Shown here: in pieces, positions 54,512 through 64,000 of the stretch
Layout: each line of letters starts with the position of its first letter
Numbering within the stretch: the first letter of the stretch is position 1
Position numbers and translations under genes: made by a program
Source of the DNA: Bacteroidota bacterium
GTDB taxonomy: Bacteria; Bacteroidota; Ignavibacteria; SZUA-365
DNA: 64,000 bases
Direction: 5' to 3'
Assembly (NCBI GenBank): GCA_003246455.1
Contig: QKAF01000099.1
Coordinates: 35,669-99,668, forward strand
Notes under the pieces: model-generated
Databases searched by the model: none
The model's input: the letters and a program-made list of their open reading frames with translations, nothing else
Told to the model about the DNA's origin: nothing

Positions 54512-55782
54512 CAGGTAAAAACCTCCAGTACACTTTCAATGCCGTGCGCGAGCGCGTCGACGTCTTCCATCGTGTTGTAGAATGAAAACGACGCGCGCGC
54601 GGTGGCGGGGATTCCGAAATGCTGCATGACCGGCTGGGCACAGTGATGTCCCGCGCGCACGGCAATACCGTGCTGGTCGAGGATCGTGCCGATATCATGC
54701 GGATGAACCGCACAGAGCGTAAACGATATCACGCTGGCTTTATGGGTCGCCGTGCCGATGATGCGCAGGGCGTCGATGGCTTCCAGCTTTCGTGTCGCGT
54801 ACTCGAGGAGTTCGTTCTCGTGTGCGGCAATCGCCGCGATGTCCAGGCTGCGGAAATATTTCAACGCCGCGGCGAGTCCTATCGCGCCGGCGATATTCGG
54901 CGTCCCGGCCTCGAATTTGAACGGAACGTCGTTGTAGACGGTCCGTTCGAAACTCACGGAGAGAATCATATCACCCCCGCCCTGGTACGGCGGCATGTCG
55001 TCGAGCAGCGCTTTCTTTCCGTAGAGGACACCGATGCCTGTCGGGCCGTAGATCTTGTGCCCGCTCAGGGCGAAGAAGTCGCAATCGAGTTCCTGCACGT
55101 CGACGGGCATGTGCTGGACGGACTGGGCGCCGTCGACGAGCACGGGAACGCCGTGACGATGCGCGATCTCGATGATCTCCTTCACCGGGTTCACCGTTCC
55201 CAGCGCATTCGAAACGTGCACGATGGAAACGAGCTTTGTGCGCTCGCTCAGCATGGGCTCGAAGGCGTCGAGAATGAGTTCGCCATGTTCGTCGATCGGG
55301 ATCACCCGCAGCGTTGCCCCCTTCTCGCGGCAGATCATCTGCCAGGGAACGATGTTGGCATGGTGCTCAATTGCGGAAACGATGATCTCATCGCCCGGAC
55401 CGAGCTTCGAGCGGCCGAAGGTCTGTGCAACGAGGTTGATCGCCTCGGTGGTGCCGCGCACGAAAACGATCTCTTCCTCGCGCCGCGCGTTGAGAAACTG
55501 CTGCGCCGTACGGCGGGCATCCTCGTACAGATCGGTCGCGAGCTGGCTCAGGTAGTGCACCCCGCGATGCACGTTCGAATACTCCTCGCTGTAGAAGCGG
55601 GCGACGGTGTCGATCACGACCTTGGGCTTGTGCGTGGACGCGGCATTGTCGAGATAGATCAGCGGACGTCCCCGCACGGTCTGCCTGAGAGCGGGAAAAT
55701 CGGCGCGCACGCGCCAGGCATCGAAAGCTGCAGCGGAAGGCGCCGCGGCGACGGGGGCTTTATCGTTCCACATGGTACTCAT
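54511..55782 (-). CDS. sufS: Cysteine desulfurase, SufS type
   Basis: PLP-Lys block FFALSGHKIYGPTGIGVLYG and catalytic Cys block RAGHHCAQP. The ATG at 55780-55782 overlaps the sufD stop. Confidence 0.95.
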   Translation of the reverse strand: MSTMWNDKAPVAAAPSAAAFDAWRVRADFPALRQTVRGRPLIYLDNAASTHKPKVVIDTVARFYSEEYSNVHRGVHYLSQLATDLYEDARRTAQQFLNARREEEIVFVRGTTEAINLVAQTFGRSKLGPGDEIIVSAIEHHANIVPWQMICREKGATLRVIPIDEHGELILDAFEPMLSERTKLVSIVHVSNALGTVNPVKEIIEIAHRHGVPVLVDGAQSVQHMPVDVQELDCDFFALSGHKIYGPTGIGVLYGKKALLDDMPPYQGGGDMILSVSFERTVYNDVPFKFEAGTPNIAGAIGLAAALKYFRSLDIAAIAAHENELLEYATRKLEAIDALRIIGTATHKASVISFTLCAVHPHDIGTILDQHGIAVRAGHHCAQPVMQHFGIPATARASFSFYNTMEDVDALAHGIESVLEVFT

Positions 55783-57113
55783 CACTTTTTCCAGGATTCT
55801 TCAAGACGCCGGTACAGCCGATCGTTGATACCGTCACGCAGTGAGGCGATCGGGATTCGGGAGACAATGTCGCTGGCAAACGCAAACGACAGAATGTTCC
55901 CCGCCTGGGCGCGGTCGATGCCCCGCGAAAGCAGGTAGAACAGCTGGTCATCGTTGATGCGCCCGACCGTCGCGCCATGTGTGCATTTCACGTCGTCGGC
56001 GAAAATCTCGAGTTGGGGCCGCGTGTCGATCTGTGCAGTTTCGGAGAGCAGAAGGTTGTTGTTCGATTGCTTCGCATCGGTTTTCTGCGCATCCGGCCGC
56101 ACGATGATTTTCCCGGTGAATACACCGCGGGTTTCATCCGCCAGCACGCCCTTGTACTGTTCATGGCTGGTGCAGTGCGCGACGGCATGGTCAATCACGG
56201 TGAAATGGTCCATGTGCTGCGTCCCGCCAGGAACGAACGTCCCGTTCATCGTGCAGTGCGCGCCTTCACCCGACAGGACCCCATGAATGCCGTTGCGCAG
56301 GATCGACGAGCCCAGCCCGATGTAATGATTGCCGTAGTTTCCGGCACGCGCGACAGAAACGTAATTCGCGCCGACATGATAGGCTGCCGTGCTCTCGTCC
56401 TGCATCACGACATGATGGAGAACCGCATTCTCCCCGAGCCGGATGTCGGAGACCACGTTGTTGAAATACACGGCTCCCGCTTCACCGACATACTGCTCCA
56501 CGATACCGCACTGCGCATTTTCCTGCACGTCGATCACGATACGCGGATGCGCGACAAAGGGTCCCGCGGCGGCGCGGGAGAGAAACAGGAGGTGCAGCGG
56601 CTGTTCGATTACCGCGTTGCGTCGCACGGTCACGGAAACACCCTGCCGGGTGAACGCCGTGTTCAGCGCGGTAAAGGGATTGTGGCGAAAGGTCGCGGCC
56701 GCGGTGGCGGCACTTTCCAGGGGAAGCGCATTGTCATCGAGCGCAGAGGCGAGATCGCGCACCTCGATTCCTTCCGGAATCTGCGCGAGATCGGACAGCC
56801 CCTGCATGAAATACCCATCGACGAACAGCAGCGTCGGCGCATTCGGCATTGCCGTCGCCAGCGCCTCGGCCGTCACGCGAAGCGCCGCGTCCGCTTCGGG
56901 CCGCTCGGCGGGAGTGAATGTCGTGCCGGTGAGCGGATTGAAGTTGGTGTATCGCCAGTCTTCGTCACGCAGCGTCGGAAACCCCTGTTCGGCGAAACGC
57001 TGCAGCGCGTCGCGGCGCACGGCATGAAACGCGCTCTGCGCACCGCCGTTGAGCGAAGCCTCGAAGGCCGCGAACTGCTCCTGGTATGTCTGTATGGACT
57101 CTTCTCTGTTCAT
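55782..57113 (-). CDS. sufD: Fe-S cluster assembly protein SufD
   Basis: C-terminal block PQLEIFADDVKCTHGATVG..D..QLFYL.SRGI. ATG at 57111-57113. It sits between sufC and sufS. Confidence 0.9.
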   Translation of the reverse strand: MNREESIQTYQEQFAAFEASLNGGAQSAFHAVRRDALQRFAEQGFPTLRDEDWRYTNFNPLTGTTFTPAERPEADAALRVTAEALATAMPNAPTLLFVDGYFMQGLSDLAQIPEGIEVRDLASALDDNALPLESAATAAATFRHNPFTALNTAFTRQGVSVTVRRNAVIEQPLHLLFLSRAAAGPFVAHPRIVIDVQENAQCGIVEQYVGEAGAVYFNNVVSDIRLGENAVLHHVVMQDESTAAYHVGANYVSVARAGNYGNHYIGLGSSILRNGIHGVLSGEGAHCTMNGTFVPGGTQHMDHFTVIDHAVAHCTSHEQYKGVLADETRGVFTGKIIVRPDAQKTDAKQSNNNLLLSETAQIDTRPQLEIFADDVKCTHGATVGRINDDQLFYLLSRGIDRAQAGNILSFAFASDIVSRIPIASLRDGINDRLYRRLEESWKK

Positions 57114-57129
57114 AGTCTCTGCCGCCTCC

Positions 57130-57897
57130 TTATACCGTCTCGGCGGTGGGTTCCTCGAGATCCTTGACCCAGTCGTAGCCCTGTGCCTCGAGGTCGAATG
57201 CCAGGTCCTTGTCACCGGATTTGACGATGCGCCCGTTCACCAGGACGTGCACGAAATCCGGCACGATGTAATCGAGCAGGCGCTGGTAGTGCGTCACGAC
57301 GATCGCGGCATTGTCGGGGGTATGCAGTTTGTTGACGCCGCTGGCCACGATGCGCAGCGCATCGATATCGAGCCCCGAATCGGTCTCGTCGAGGATGCTC
57401 AGCAGCGGGTTCAGCACCGCCATCTGGAGAATTTCATTTCGTTTTTTCTCCCCGCCCGAAAATCCTTCATTCACGGGCCGGTTGAGGAACGAGGGGTCCA
57501 TTTCCACCAGTTTCATTTTCTCTTTCACAAGTGCCAGGAAATCGAAGGAGTCGTACTCTTCCTCCCCATGGTATTTCCGCACCGCATTCAGGGCGGCTTT
57601 CAGGAAGTAGGTGTTGCTCACGCCGGGAATTTCCACCGGATACTGGAACGCCAGGAACATCCCCTCGCAGGCGCGGGCGGCGGGATCGAGTTCGAGCAGA
57701 TTCTGGCCGCGGTAGAGCACTTCCCCTTCTGTGACTTCGTAGATCTCTCGTCCGGCCAGGACACCGGCGAGCGTGCTCTTTCCCGAACCGTTCGGACCCA
57801 TGATCGCATGGATTTCCCCGGGGTTGACCGTCAGGTTGATGCCCTTGAGGATTTCCTTCCCCTCGACCCGGGCGTGCAGATTGCGAATTTCCAGCAT
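57130..57897 (-). CDS. sufC: Fe-S cluster assembly ATPase SufC
   Basis: Walker [14 protein letters not shown] signature [13 protein letters not shown] and Walker [13 protein letters not shown]. Confidence 0.95.
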   Translation of the reverse strand: MLEIRNLHARVEGKEILKGINLTVNPGEIHAIMGPNGSGKSTLAGVLAGREIYEVTEGEVLYRGQNLLELDPAARACEGMFLAFQYPVEIPGVSNTYFLKAALNAVRKYHGEEEYDSFDFLALVKEKMKLVEMDPSFLNRPVNEGFSGGEKKRNEILQMAVLNPLLSILDETDSGLDIDALRIVASGVNKLHTPDNAAIVVTHYQRLLDYIVPDFVHVLVNGRIVKSGDKDLAFDLEAQGYDWVKDLEEPTAETV

Positions 57898-57961
57898 GAA
57901 AAACTCCGTTTATCCTTTATTACTGATTCTCTGATTTCCTGTGATCCCGATTCGGCGAGGG

Positions 57962-59407
57962 TCAGCCGACACTGCCTTCGAGACTGATCCCGAGCAGTTT
58001 CTGGGCCTCGACGGCGAACTCCATCGGCAGTTCGCGGAAGACCTCCTTGCAGAAGCCGTTGACGATCATGTTGACCGCATCCTCGCTGGAGATCCCGCGC
58101 TGATTGCAGTAGAAGATCTGGTCTTCACCGATTTTCGATGTCGTCGCCTCGTGCTCGAGCTGTGCGCTGCTATTCCGGTTTTCGATATACGGGAACGTAT
58201 GCGCGCCGCACTTGTCGCCCATGAGCATCGAATCGCACTGCGAGAAGTTGCGCGCGCCGTCGGCGCCTTTCATGATCTTGACCTGGCCGCGATACGTGTT
58301 CTGGCTGTGGCCCGCGGAAATGCCTTTGGACACAATGGTGCTGGAGGTGTTCTTCCCGATGTGAATCATCTTCGTTCCCGTATCGGCCTGCTGCCGGTTG
58401 TTGGTCACGGCGACGGAGTAGAATTCACCCACCGAATGGTCGCCCTGCAGAATGCAGCTGGGATATTTCCACGTGATCGAGGAACCGGTTTCGACCTGCG
58501 TCCATGAAATCTTCGAGCGCACGCCGGCGCACTTGCCGCGCTTGGTGACGAAATTGTAAATGCCGCCCTTGCCGTCTTTGTCGCCCGGATACCAGTTCTG
58601 CACGGTGGAATACTTGATTTCTGCATTGTCGAGCGCCACGAGTTCGACCACAGCGGCATGGAGCTGGTTCTCGTCCCGTACGGGCGCGGTGCATCCCTCG
58701 AGGTAACTGACATACGCGCCCTCGTCCGCCACGATGAGCGTGCGTTCGAACTGTCCCGTCCCCAGACTGTTGATGCGGAAGTACGTGGAGAGTTCCATCG
58801 GGCAGCGAACGCCCTTCGGCACATAGACGAAGGAGCCGTCCGTGAACACGGCCGAATTCAGCGCCGCGTAGAAATTGTCTCCCTGCGGCACCACCGATCC
58901 AAGGAATCGCTGCACCAGTTCGGGATGCTCGCGCACCGCCTCGGAGAATGAACAGAAGACGATGCCCAGATCCTTGAGCTTGTCCTTGAATGTGGTCGCG
59001 ACCGAGACGCTGTCGAATACCGCGTCGACGGCGACGCCAGCGAGCATCTCCTGCTCCCTGAGCGGAATGCCCAGCTTCTCGTATGTGGCGAGCAGTTCCG
59101 GGTCGACTTCATCCAGGGATTTCGGCGCCGCTTTCTGCTTCGGCGCGGAATAATACGAGATGTCCTGGTAATCGATCGCAGGATATTCGACGTTGGCCCA
59201 ATGCGGCTCCACCATCTTCAACCACATTCGATAGGCCTTCAGCCGCCATTCGAGCAGCCACTCCGGCTCTTCCTTTTTCGCGGAAATCATGCGGATGACG
59301 TCTTCACTGAGCCCCTTCGGCACCGTATCGGATTCGATGTCGGTGACGAAGCCGTATTTATACTCCTGACCGGTGAGTTTTTCGAGATCCTGTGCGTCGG
59401 TACTCAT
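57962..59407 (-). CDS. sufB: Fe-S cluster assembly protein SufB
   Basis: Highly conserved blocks YKYGF, FYALNSAVF, CTAP and [23 protein letters not shown] at 59405-59407. Confidence 0.95.
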   Translation of the reverse strand: MSTDAQDLEKLTGQEYKYGFVTDIESDTVPKGLSEDVIRMISAKKEEPEWLLEWRLKAYRMWLKMVEPHWANVEYPAIDYQDISYYSAPKQKAAPKSLDEVDPELLATYEKLGIPLREQEMLAGVAVDAVFDSVSVATTFKDKLKDLGIVFCSFSEAVREHPELVQRFLGSVVPQGDNFYAALNSAVFTDGSFVYVPKGVRCPMELSTYFRINSLGTGQFERTLIVADEGAYVSYLEGCTAPVRDENQLHAAVVELVALDNAEIKYSTVQNWYPGDKDGKGGIYNFVTKRGKCAGVRSKISWTQVETGSSITWKYPSCILQGDHSVGEFYSVAVTNNRQQADTGTKMIHIGKNTSSTIVSKGISAGHSQNTYRGQVKIMKGADGARNFSQCDSMLMGDKCGAHTFPYIENRNSSAQLEHEATTSKIGEDQIFYCNQRGISSEDAVNMIVNGFCKEVFRELPMEFAVEAQKLLGISLEGSVG

Positions 59408-59457
59408 GAAAATTCCTTCGGAAAATCGTTCTCGTTTATTTTGCTCATTCAATCTGT

Positions 59458-59467
59458 ACAAATTTGT
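59458..59467. promoter_or_regulatory. 10-bp palindrome ACAAATTTGT in the AT-rich divergent promoter region between sufB and the S9 peptidase gene
   Basis: Read directly. It carries CAAATTTG (7/8 of TAnnTTTG) on both strands, with a TTGACA immediately adjacent on the - strand. It is either a candidate operator for the Rrf2 regulator or a -7 element. Confidence 0.3.
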
Positions 59468-59603
59468 CAAGATTGTACTTTCAAAACAAGTCTCTTCGGG
59501 GAAAAATTCCGTGGCACGGTGTCGGGTCCGCGGCGTACATTGAAAGAACGGGCGAGGCGGAGGCGATACATATCACCGCATTCATCAACATCGGAGCCAT
59601 GCA

Positions 59604-61625
59604 ATGAAAAGGTTGACCCCGATTCTGACATTGATTCTCTCGTTCCTGTTTCTGCCGCTGCTTCACGCGCAGAACGTGCTCACCGAGCGGAATATTTTTG
59701 ATCTTCAGCAGGTTGTCGAAGCGAAGATCTCACCGGACGCGAAGCATATCGCGTACACGGTTACCGTGCCCCGCCCGTTCAGCGATCCTCCCGGAGGCGA
59801 TTACCGGGAGCTGCACCTGTACGACGTCCAGAGCGGTACCGACCGCACCTTCATCAGCGGGAAAAAACTGATGCATCATCTCGGGTGGACCGGCGATTCG
59901 CGCATGATCCTGTTCGTGGCGAATCTCCCCGAGCTCACCGGGGCGCAGCTCTACGGCATTCCTGTCGATGGAGGTGAAGCGCAGGCGCTGACGGGAAGTC
60001 CGACAGGGATCGCCGGCTACACCCTTCGACCCGACGGCGGCGCGGTCGCCTACCTCGCAAAAGAGGCCGCCGATCCCGCCAAGGCGCGCCTCCGCGGCAT
60101 GGGATTCAACGCCGAGGTGTTCGAGGAGGAAACCGAAGATCAGAACGTCTACATCCGCACCCTGCCGAACGGGGTCCCGAAGCGCATGACGGAAGGCGTT
60201 TCCGTCTTCGCCATCGAATGGAGTCCGGACGGGAAGTACATCGCCGCCGCGGTCGCGCCGGCCAACACGGTCGATAATTCGATCATGTTCAAGCGCATCC
60301 ATCTGCTCGACCCTGCGACGGGGACACTGACGAAGCTGGTGGACAATCCCGGCAAACTCGGCGAGATGTCATGGAGTCCCGACAGCCGCCGGCTGGCATT
60401 CATCTCCGCTGTCGCCACGTGGGATTCCAGAGAAGGATCCATTTTCGTGGCCGAGGTCCCGACGAGCAAAGCCTTTGATGAACTCCGGAATTACAGCAAG
60501 GGATTCGCCGGCACGGTGTCCGGCATCGCCTGGCGGGATTCGCAGACACTTCTGTTCACCGCGGATGAAGGTGTGGACGTCACACTGCGTCAGCAGCGGC
60601 TCGACGACGCGGAAAGCAGCATCCTGATCAAGGGCGGCGAACTGGCCATCAGCGAATTCACCGGTGCCGGGTCGCTGATCGCCCTGGCGGGCAGCACGCC
60701 GCAGCATCCGGCGGAACTCTACACCTTCGACGGCAGCGCAATCGAACAACGGACGAACCTCAATCCCTCGCTCGAGAACGTCCGCCTCGCCCGACAGGAA
60801 CGCTTCGTCTACAAGGCCGACGACGGACTCGAGATCATGTCCATCCTCGTCTACCCCCTCGACTACGAGCCCGGGAAGAAGTACCCGCTGATCGTGGATG
60901 TCCACGGCGGTCCTGAATCCTGCTACATCAACGGCTGGATCACGCGGTATGCGAACTGGGGCCAGGTGGCCGCAGCTCGCGGCTACTTCGTATTCATGCC
61001 GAATTACCGTGCCAGCACTGGACGCGGCGTCGAGTACACGAAAATGGGACTGGGGGACCTCGCCGGAAAAGAATTCACCGACGTGCTCGACGGCATCGAC
61101 GCACTGGCCGACAAAGGCCTGATCGACAAGGCGCGCGTGGGCATCGGCGGCGGATCCTACGGCGGCTATTTCAGCGGCTGGGCGGCGACCCGGCACAGCA
61201 AGCGCTTCGCCGCGTCCGTGGTCTTCGTCGGCGTCTCGAACCAGATATCCAAGCGCAATACGACCGACATCCCCTGGGAGGATTATTATGTCCACTGGGG
61301 ACTCTGGACGCATGACGATTTCGAGAAAGTGTACGACCGCAGCCCGGTCAAATGGGCGGAGGGCAGTACCACCCCCACACTGATCCTGCACGGCACCGAG
61401 GATCCCCGCGTCCATCCGAGCCAGAGCCTGGAACTGTACCGTTCCCTGAAGATGCACGGCAAGGCCCCCGTGCGCCTCATCTGGTACCCCGGCGAAGCGC
61501 ACGGCAATCGCAAGAATCCTGCCCGGCTCGACTTCATCATGCGTACGATGGACTGGTTCGACTTCTATCTCAAGGGCGACGGCAAAGGCATGCCGCCCGC
61601 CGATATCGATTACGAGATCAAGTAG
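59604..61625 (+). CDS. S9-family serine peptidase (prolyl oligopeptidase / acylaminoacyl-peptidase-like) with N-terminal beta-propeller
   Basis: Signal peptide MKRLTPILTLILSFLFLPLLHAQ and WSPDG-type propeller repeats. Nucleophile block GGGSYGGY, and the distal D (HGTEDPRV) and H (GEAHG) residues. Confidence 0.85.
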   Translation: MKRLTPILTLILSFLFLPLLHAQNVLTERNIFDLQQVVEAKISPDAKHIAYTVTVPRPFSDPPGGDYRELHLYDVQSGTDRTFISGKKLMHHLGWTGDSRMILFVANLPELTGAQLYGIPVDGGEAQALTGSPTGIAGYTLRPDGGAVAYLAKEAADPAKARLRGMGFNAEVFEEETEDQNVYIRTLPNGVPKRMTEGVSVFAIEWSPDGKYIAAAVAPANTVDNSIMFKRIHLLDPATGTLTKLVDNPGKLGEMSWSPDSRRLAFISAVATWDSREGSIFVAEVPTSKAFDELRNYSKGFAGTVSGIAWRDSQTLLFTADEGVDVTLRQQRLDDAESSILIKGGELAISEFTGAGSLIALAGSTPQHPAELYTFDGSAIEQRTNLNPSLENVRLARQERFVYKADDGLEIMSILVYPLDYEPGKKYPLIVDVHGGPESCYINGWITRYANWGQVAAARGYFVFMPNYRASTGRGVEYTKMGLGDLAGKEFTDVLDGIDALADKGLIDKARVGIGGGSYGGYFSGWAATRHSKRFAASVVFVGVSNQISKRNTTDIPWEDYYVHWGLWTHDDFEKVYDRSPVKWAEGSTTPTLILHGTEDPRVHPSQSLELYRSLKMHGKAPVRLIWYPGEAHGNRKNPARLDFIMRTMDWFDFYLKGDGKGMPPADIDYEIK

Positions 61626-61711
61626 ATCATTCGCGTCCCGCCCCCCGGGACGCAGCGCACCACGGTCCCTGTGTCCGCCCGGCGGCGCAGCGCATTCGTG
61701 GGTGGATACGC

Positions 61712-61745
61712 AAAGAGGCTGTCATTTCAAGATGACAGCCTCTTT
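61712..61745. terminator. Bidirectional intrinsic terminator between the convergent S9 peptidase gene and greA
   Basis: Perfect 14-bp stem AAAGAGGCTGTCAT (61712-61725) / ATGACAGCCTCTTT (61732-61745) with a 6-nt loop. A TTT run ends the stem on each strand. Confidence 0.7.
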
Positions 61746-61796
61746 CAATTTCAGCGCTGCATAACCCGGACGACGCGCCGCCGGGATCGCAGCGGA

Positions 61797-62273
61797 TCAG
61801 GAAACGGCGAGGATCTTGTACTCCAGCGTTCCCGCGGGCACTTTCACGTTGATCACGTCACCGATCTTCCGCTTCAGCAGCGCTTTCCCGATCGGGGAGG
61901 TCACAGAAATTTTATTCTGCTCGAAATCCGCCTCTTCGGGGGAGACGAGACGGTAGGTCACCGTCCCACCGTTCTTGAGGTCCTCGAGCGTCACATCCGA
62001 AAGAATATAGACGGCATCGTTCGGCAGGTCGTTTTTCTCGATGATTCGGGCACGCGAGAGGAGTTCCTCCAGCTTGCTGATCCGCAGCTCGAACAGTCCC
62101 TGCTCTTCCTTCGCAGCGTCATATTCGGCATTCTCGCTGAGATCCCCGTGCGAGCGGGCCTCTGCGATTTTATCAGCCATTTCTGCACGGCCTTTCGATT
62201 TCATGACCTGCAATTGCTTCTCGAGCTCGAGCATGCGCTCTTTTGTCAGATAAACGGTGCCTTTCGAGTCCAC
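61797..62273 (-). CDS. greA: Transcription elongation factor GreA
   Basis: The blocks YLTKERMLELEKQL...HGDLSENAEYDAAKEEQ...SPIGKALL.RK.GD are GreA signatures. GTG start at 62271-62273. Confidence 0.9.
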   Translation of the reverse strand: MDSKGTVYLTKERMLELEKQLQVMKSKGRAEMADKIAEARSHGDLSENAEYDAAKEEQGLFELRISKLEELLSRARIIEKNDLPNDAVYILSDVTLEDLKNGGTVTYRLVSPEEADFEQNKISVTSPIGKALLKRKIGDVINVKVPAGTLEYKILAVS

Positions 62274-62311
62274 AATTCACTCCGGAAAAGGTATTCGGGG
62301 GAGAAAGGAAT

Positions 62312-62352
62312 AAAAAACATAGCCAGCATTCCGCACAGGAATTCTGGCTATG
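62312..62352 (-). terminator. Intrinsic terminator of the yajC-ribBA transcript
   Basis: 15-bp stem with one mismatch (62318-62332 / 62338-62352), 5-nt loop, followed on the - strand by TTTTTTATT. Confidence 0.7.
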
Positions 62353-62451
62353 AGTGTACAATTTACGCTTCGCGGGACAGAATGTCAAGTCAACACGCGC
62401 TGCCGGGAAAGAACGTTTGTCAGTGCCGGCGGCGGGGGCTTTGCGGGTTCA

Positions 62452-63663
62452 TCACTGCTGGTGCATGATGAGATGGCCCATTTTGTCCCGCTTCGTGGTC
62501 AGGTAATTCTCGTTGATTTCGTTGGGCATGCTTTCAATGGGCACACGCTCGACGATTTCGAGTCCGTAGCTTTTCAGCCCGACGATTTTTTTCGGGTTGT
62601 TGGTCATCAGCCGCATTTTTCTCACGCCGAGGTCGGCGAGGATCTGCGCCCCGATGCCGTAATCGCGCAGGTCGTCACGGAACCCGAGTTCGATATTGGC
62701 CTGCACCGTATCGAAGCCCGCATCCTGCAGATTGTAGGCGCGAAGCTTGTTCGCGAGTCCGATACCGCGGCCTTCCTGGCGCATGTAGAGGACGACGCCG
62801 CGGCCTTCACGCTCGACCATCATCATCGCGGCGTTCAGCTGGTCCTTACAGTCGCAGCGGAGCGACCCGAACGTGTCGCCGGTGAGACATTCGGAATGCA
62901 CGCGCACCAGTACCGGTTCGCCATCGTCGATGGTGCCGCGTACGAGCGCGAGATGCTCCTTGTTGTCGACGGTGTTCGTGTAGAGGTGAATCTCGAATTC
63001 GCCGTAGCGCGTCGGAAGATGCGTGACGATTTCTTTCTTGACCAGTTTTTCTTTCTTGACCCGGTACTCGATCAGCTGGTTGACCGCGATGATCCGGAGG
63101 TTGAATTCCTTCGCGATGGCGACGAGTTCCGTCGTACGGGCCATCGTCCCGTCTTCCTTCAGGATTTCGCACACGACGCCCACAGGCTGGAGTCCCGCCA
63201 TGCGGGCGAGATCCACCGCCGCTTCGGTGTGTCCCGCACGGCGAAGTACGCCGCCCGGCACCGCCTTGAGCGGGAATATGTGTCCGGGGCGCGCCAGGTC
63301 GGAGGGAGGCGTCGCCGGATCGGCGAGGGCGCGGATGGTCGCAGCCCGGTCCGAAGCGGAGATCCCGGTCGTCGTTTCGTGTATGTAATCCACGGTGACG
63401 GTAAAGTTCGTCCCGTGGAGCGCAGTATTTCCGTCGACCATCATGCCCAGCTGCAGCTGCTCCATGCGTTCCTCGGTGAGAGGGACGCAGACCATGCCGC
63501 GGCCGTGACGTACCATGAAGTTCACGATTTCGGGTGTGATCATTTCCGCGGCGCAGACGAAATCGCCTTCGTTTTCGCGGTCCTCATCGTCGACGATAAT
63601 GATCATTTCTCCGGCGCGAATGGCCTCAATGGCTTCGTCGATGGTGTTGAATTGATGTGCCAT
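62452..63663 (-). CDS. ribBA: Bifunctional 3,4-dihydroxy-2-butanone-4-phosphate synthase / GTP cyclohydrolase II
   Basis: DHBP synthase blocks [10 protein letters not shown] and [17 protein letters not shown] blocks [18 protein letters not shown] and [13 protein letters not shown]. Confidence 0.95.
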   Translation of the reverse strand: MAHQFNTIDEAIEAIRAGEMIIIVDDEDRENEGDFVCAAEMITPEIVNFMVRHGRGMVCVPLTEERMEQLQLGMMVDGNTALHGTNFTVTVDYIHETTTGISASDRAATIRALADPATPPSDLARPGHIFPLKAVPGGVLRRAGHTEAAVDLARMAGLQPVGVVCEILKEDGTMARTTELVAIAKEFNLRIIAVNQLIEYRVKKEKLVKKEIVTHLPTRYGEFEIHLYTNTVDNKEHLALVRGTIDDGEPVLVRVHSECLTGDTFGSLRCDCKDQLNAAMMMVEREGRGVVLYMRQEGRGIGLANKLRAYNLQDAGFDTVQANIELGFRDDLRDYGIGAQILADLGVRKMRLMTNNPKKIVGLKSYGLEIVERVPIESMPNEINENYLTTKRDKMGHLIMHQQ

Positions 63664-63680
63664 GGTAATCTACCCCGGAT

Positions 63681-63983
63681 TTATTCCGCGGAGGCCTCCC
63701 GTGTCACGACATTCACTGCACTGCGGTCAAATTTGAGCTTGAGATTGTCGCCCACATCGAGGAGGATCGTCTTCTCGTCGACGTTCACGATCTTGCCGTG
63801 CAGACCGCCCGAGGTGACAACCTTGTCGCCTTTTTTCAGGCTGTCGAGCAGCTTCTGCCGTTCCTTCGCACGCTTCTGCTGGGGACGCAGGATCATGAAA
63901 TAGAAGATGACGAAAATGAGCGCGAAGAAAACCAGCGTGCTCAGCATCTGGCCGCCGCCGGCCTCGCCGCCCTGGGGCGCCAT
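63681..63983 (-). CDS. yajC: Preprotein translocase subunit YajC
   Basis: A single TM helix followed by ILRPQQKRAKE...L..L.KGD.VVT.GG..G.I. Confidence 0.85.
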   Translation of the reverse strand: MAPQGGEAGGGQMLSTLVFFALIFVIFYFMILRPQQKRAKERQKLLDSLKKGDKVVTSGGLHGKIVNVDEKTILLDVGDNLKLKFDRSAVNVVTREASAE

Positions 63984-64000
63984 GGCAATGATAAGATCGG

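Noticed and set aside
63664-63680. FMN riboswitch upstream of ribBA
   Set aside because: Only 17 nt separate yajC from ribBA, which is too short for an FMN aptamer. ribBA appears to be co-transcribed with yajC.

Overview
GC-rich bacterial chromosomal segment that is almost entirely coding. I support about 58 CDS. By eye I found no rRNA, tRNA, CRISPR array, transposase, integrase or prophage gene. All calls rest on motifs read from the supplied translations; no database search or computation was run.

Lineage: two proteins end in the NYPNPFNP-type T9SS sorting tail. Several others have lipoprotein signals or a C-terminal Phe typical of outer-membrane proteins. Shine-Dalgarno sequences are mostly absent. 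Together these suggest a diderm of the FCB radiation (Bacteroidota, Ignavibacteriota or Rhodothermota-like).

Housekeeping content:
- nuoA-F, ending at a terminator
- an acyl-CoA synthetase
- pyrE, a pterin carbinolamine dehydratase, dnaG, pyrG, cdsA, maf, rsgA
- a complete suf operon (sufBCDSU plus DUF59, a bacilliredoxin-like gene and an Rrf2 regulator)
- greA, ribBA, yajC

Accessory content:
- an amgK / orphan RapZ C-terminal domain / murU chain
- two divergent membrane SpoIIE/PP2C phosphatases
- a sodium:solute symporter plus GH31 alpha-glucosidase pair
- an OMP / CotH / 2x PAP2 envelope cluster

Most interesting locus (44.6-52.5 kb, minus strand): a self-contained four-gene unit, bounded upstream by a strong terminator. 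It encodes a 347-aa sigma-like protein, a soluble protein with an exact HxxxCxxC anti-sigma zinc motif, and two colinear paralogous ~1,020-aa single-pass membrane proteins. Each paralog has a cytoplasmic helical domain and a Lon-protease-like (S16) domain without any AAA+ module, then one TM helix, then an Ig-like domain and two LamG domains outside. I propose this is an undescribed transmembrane regulated-proteolysis signalling system. That proposal is inference.
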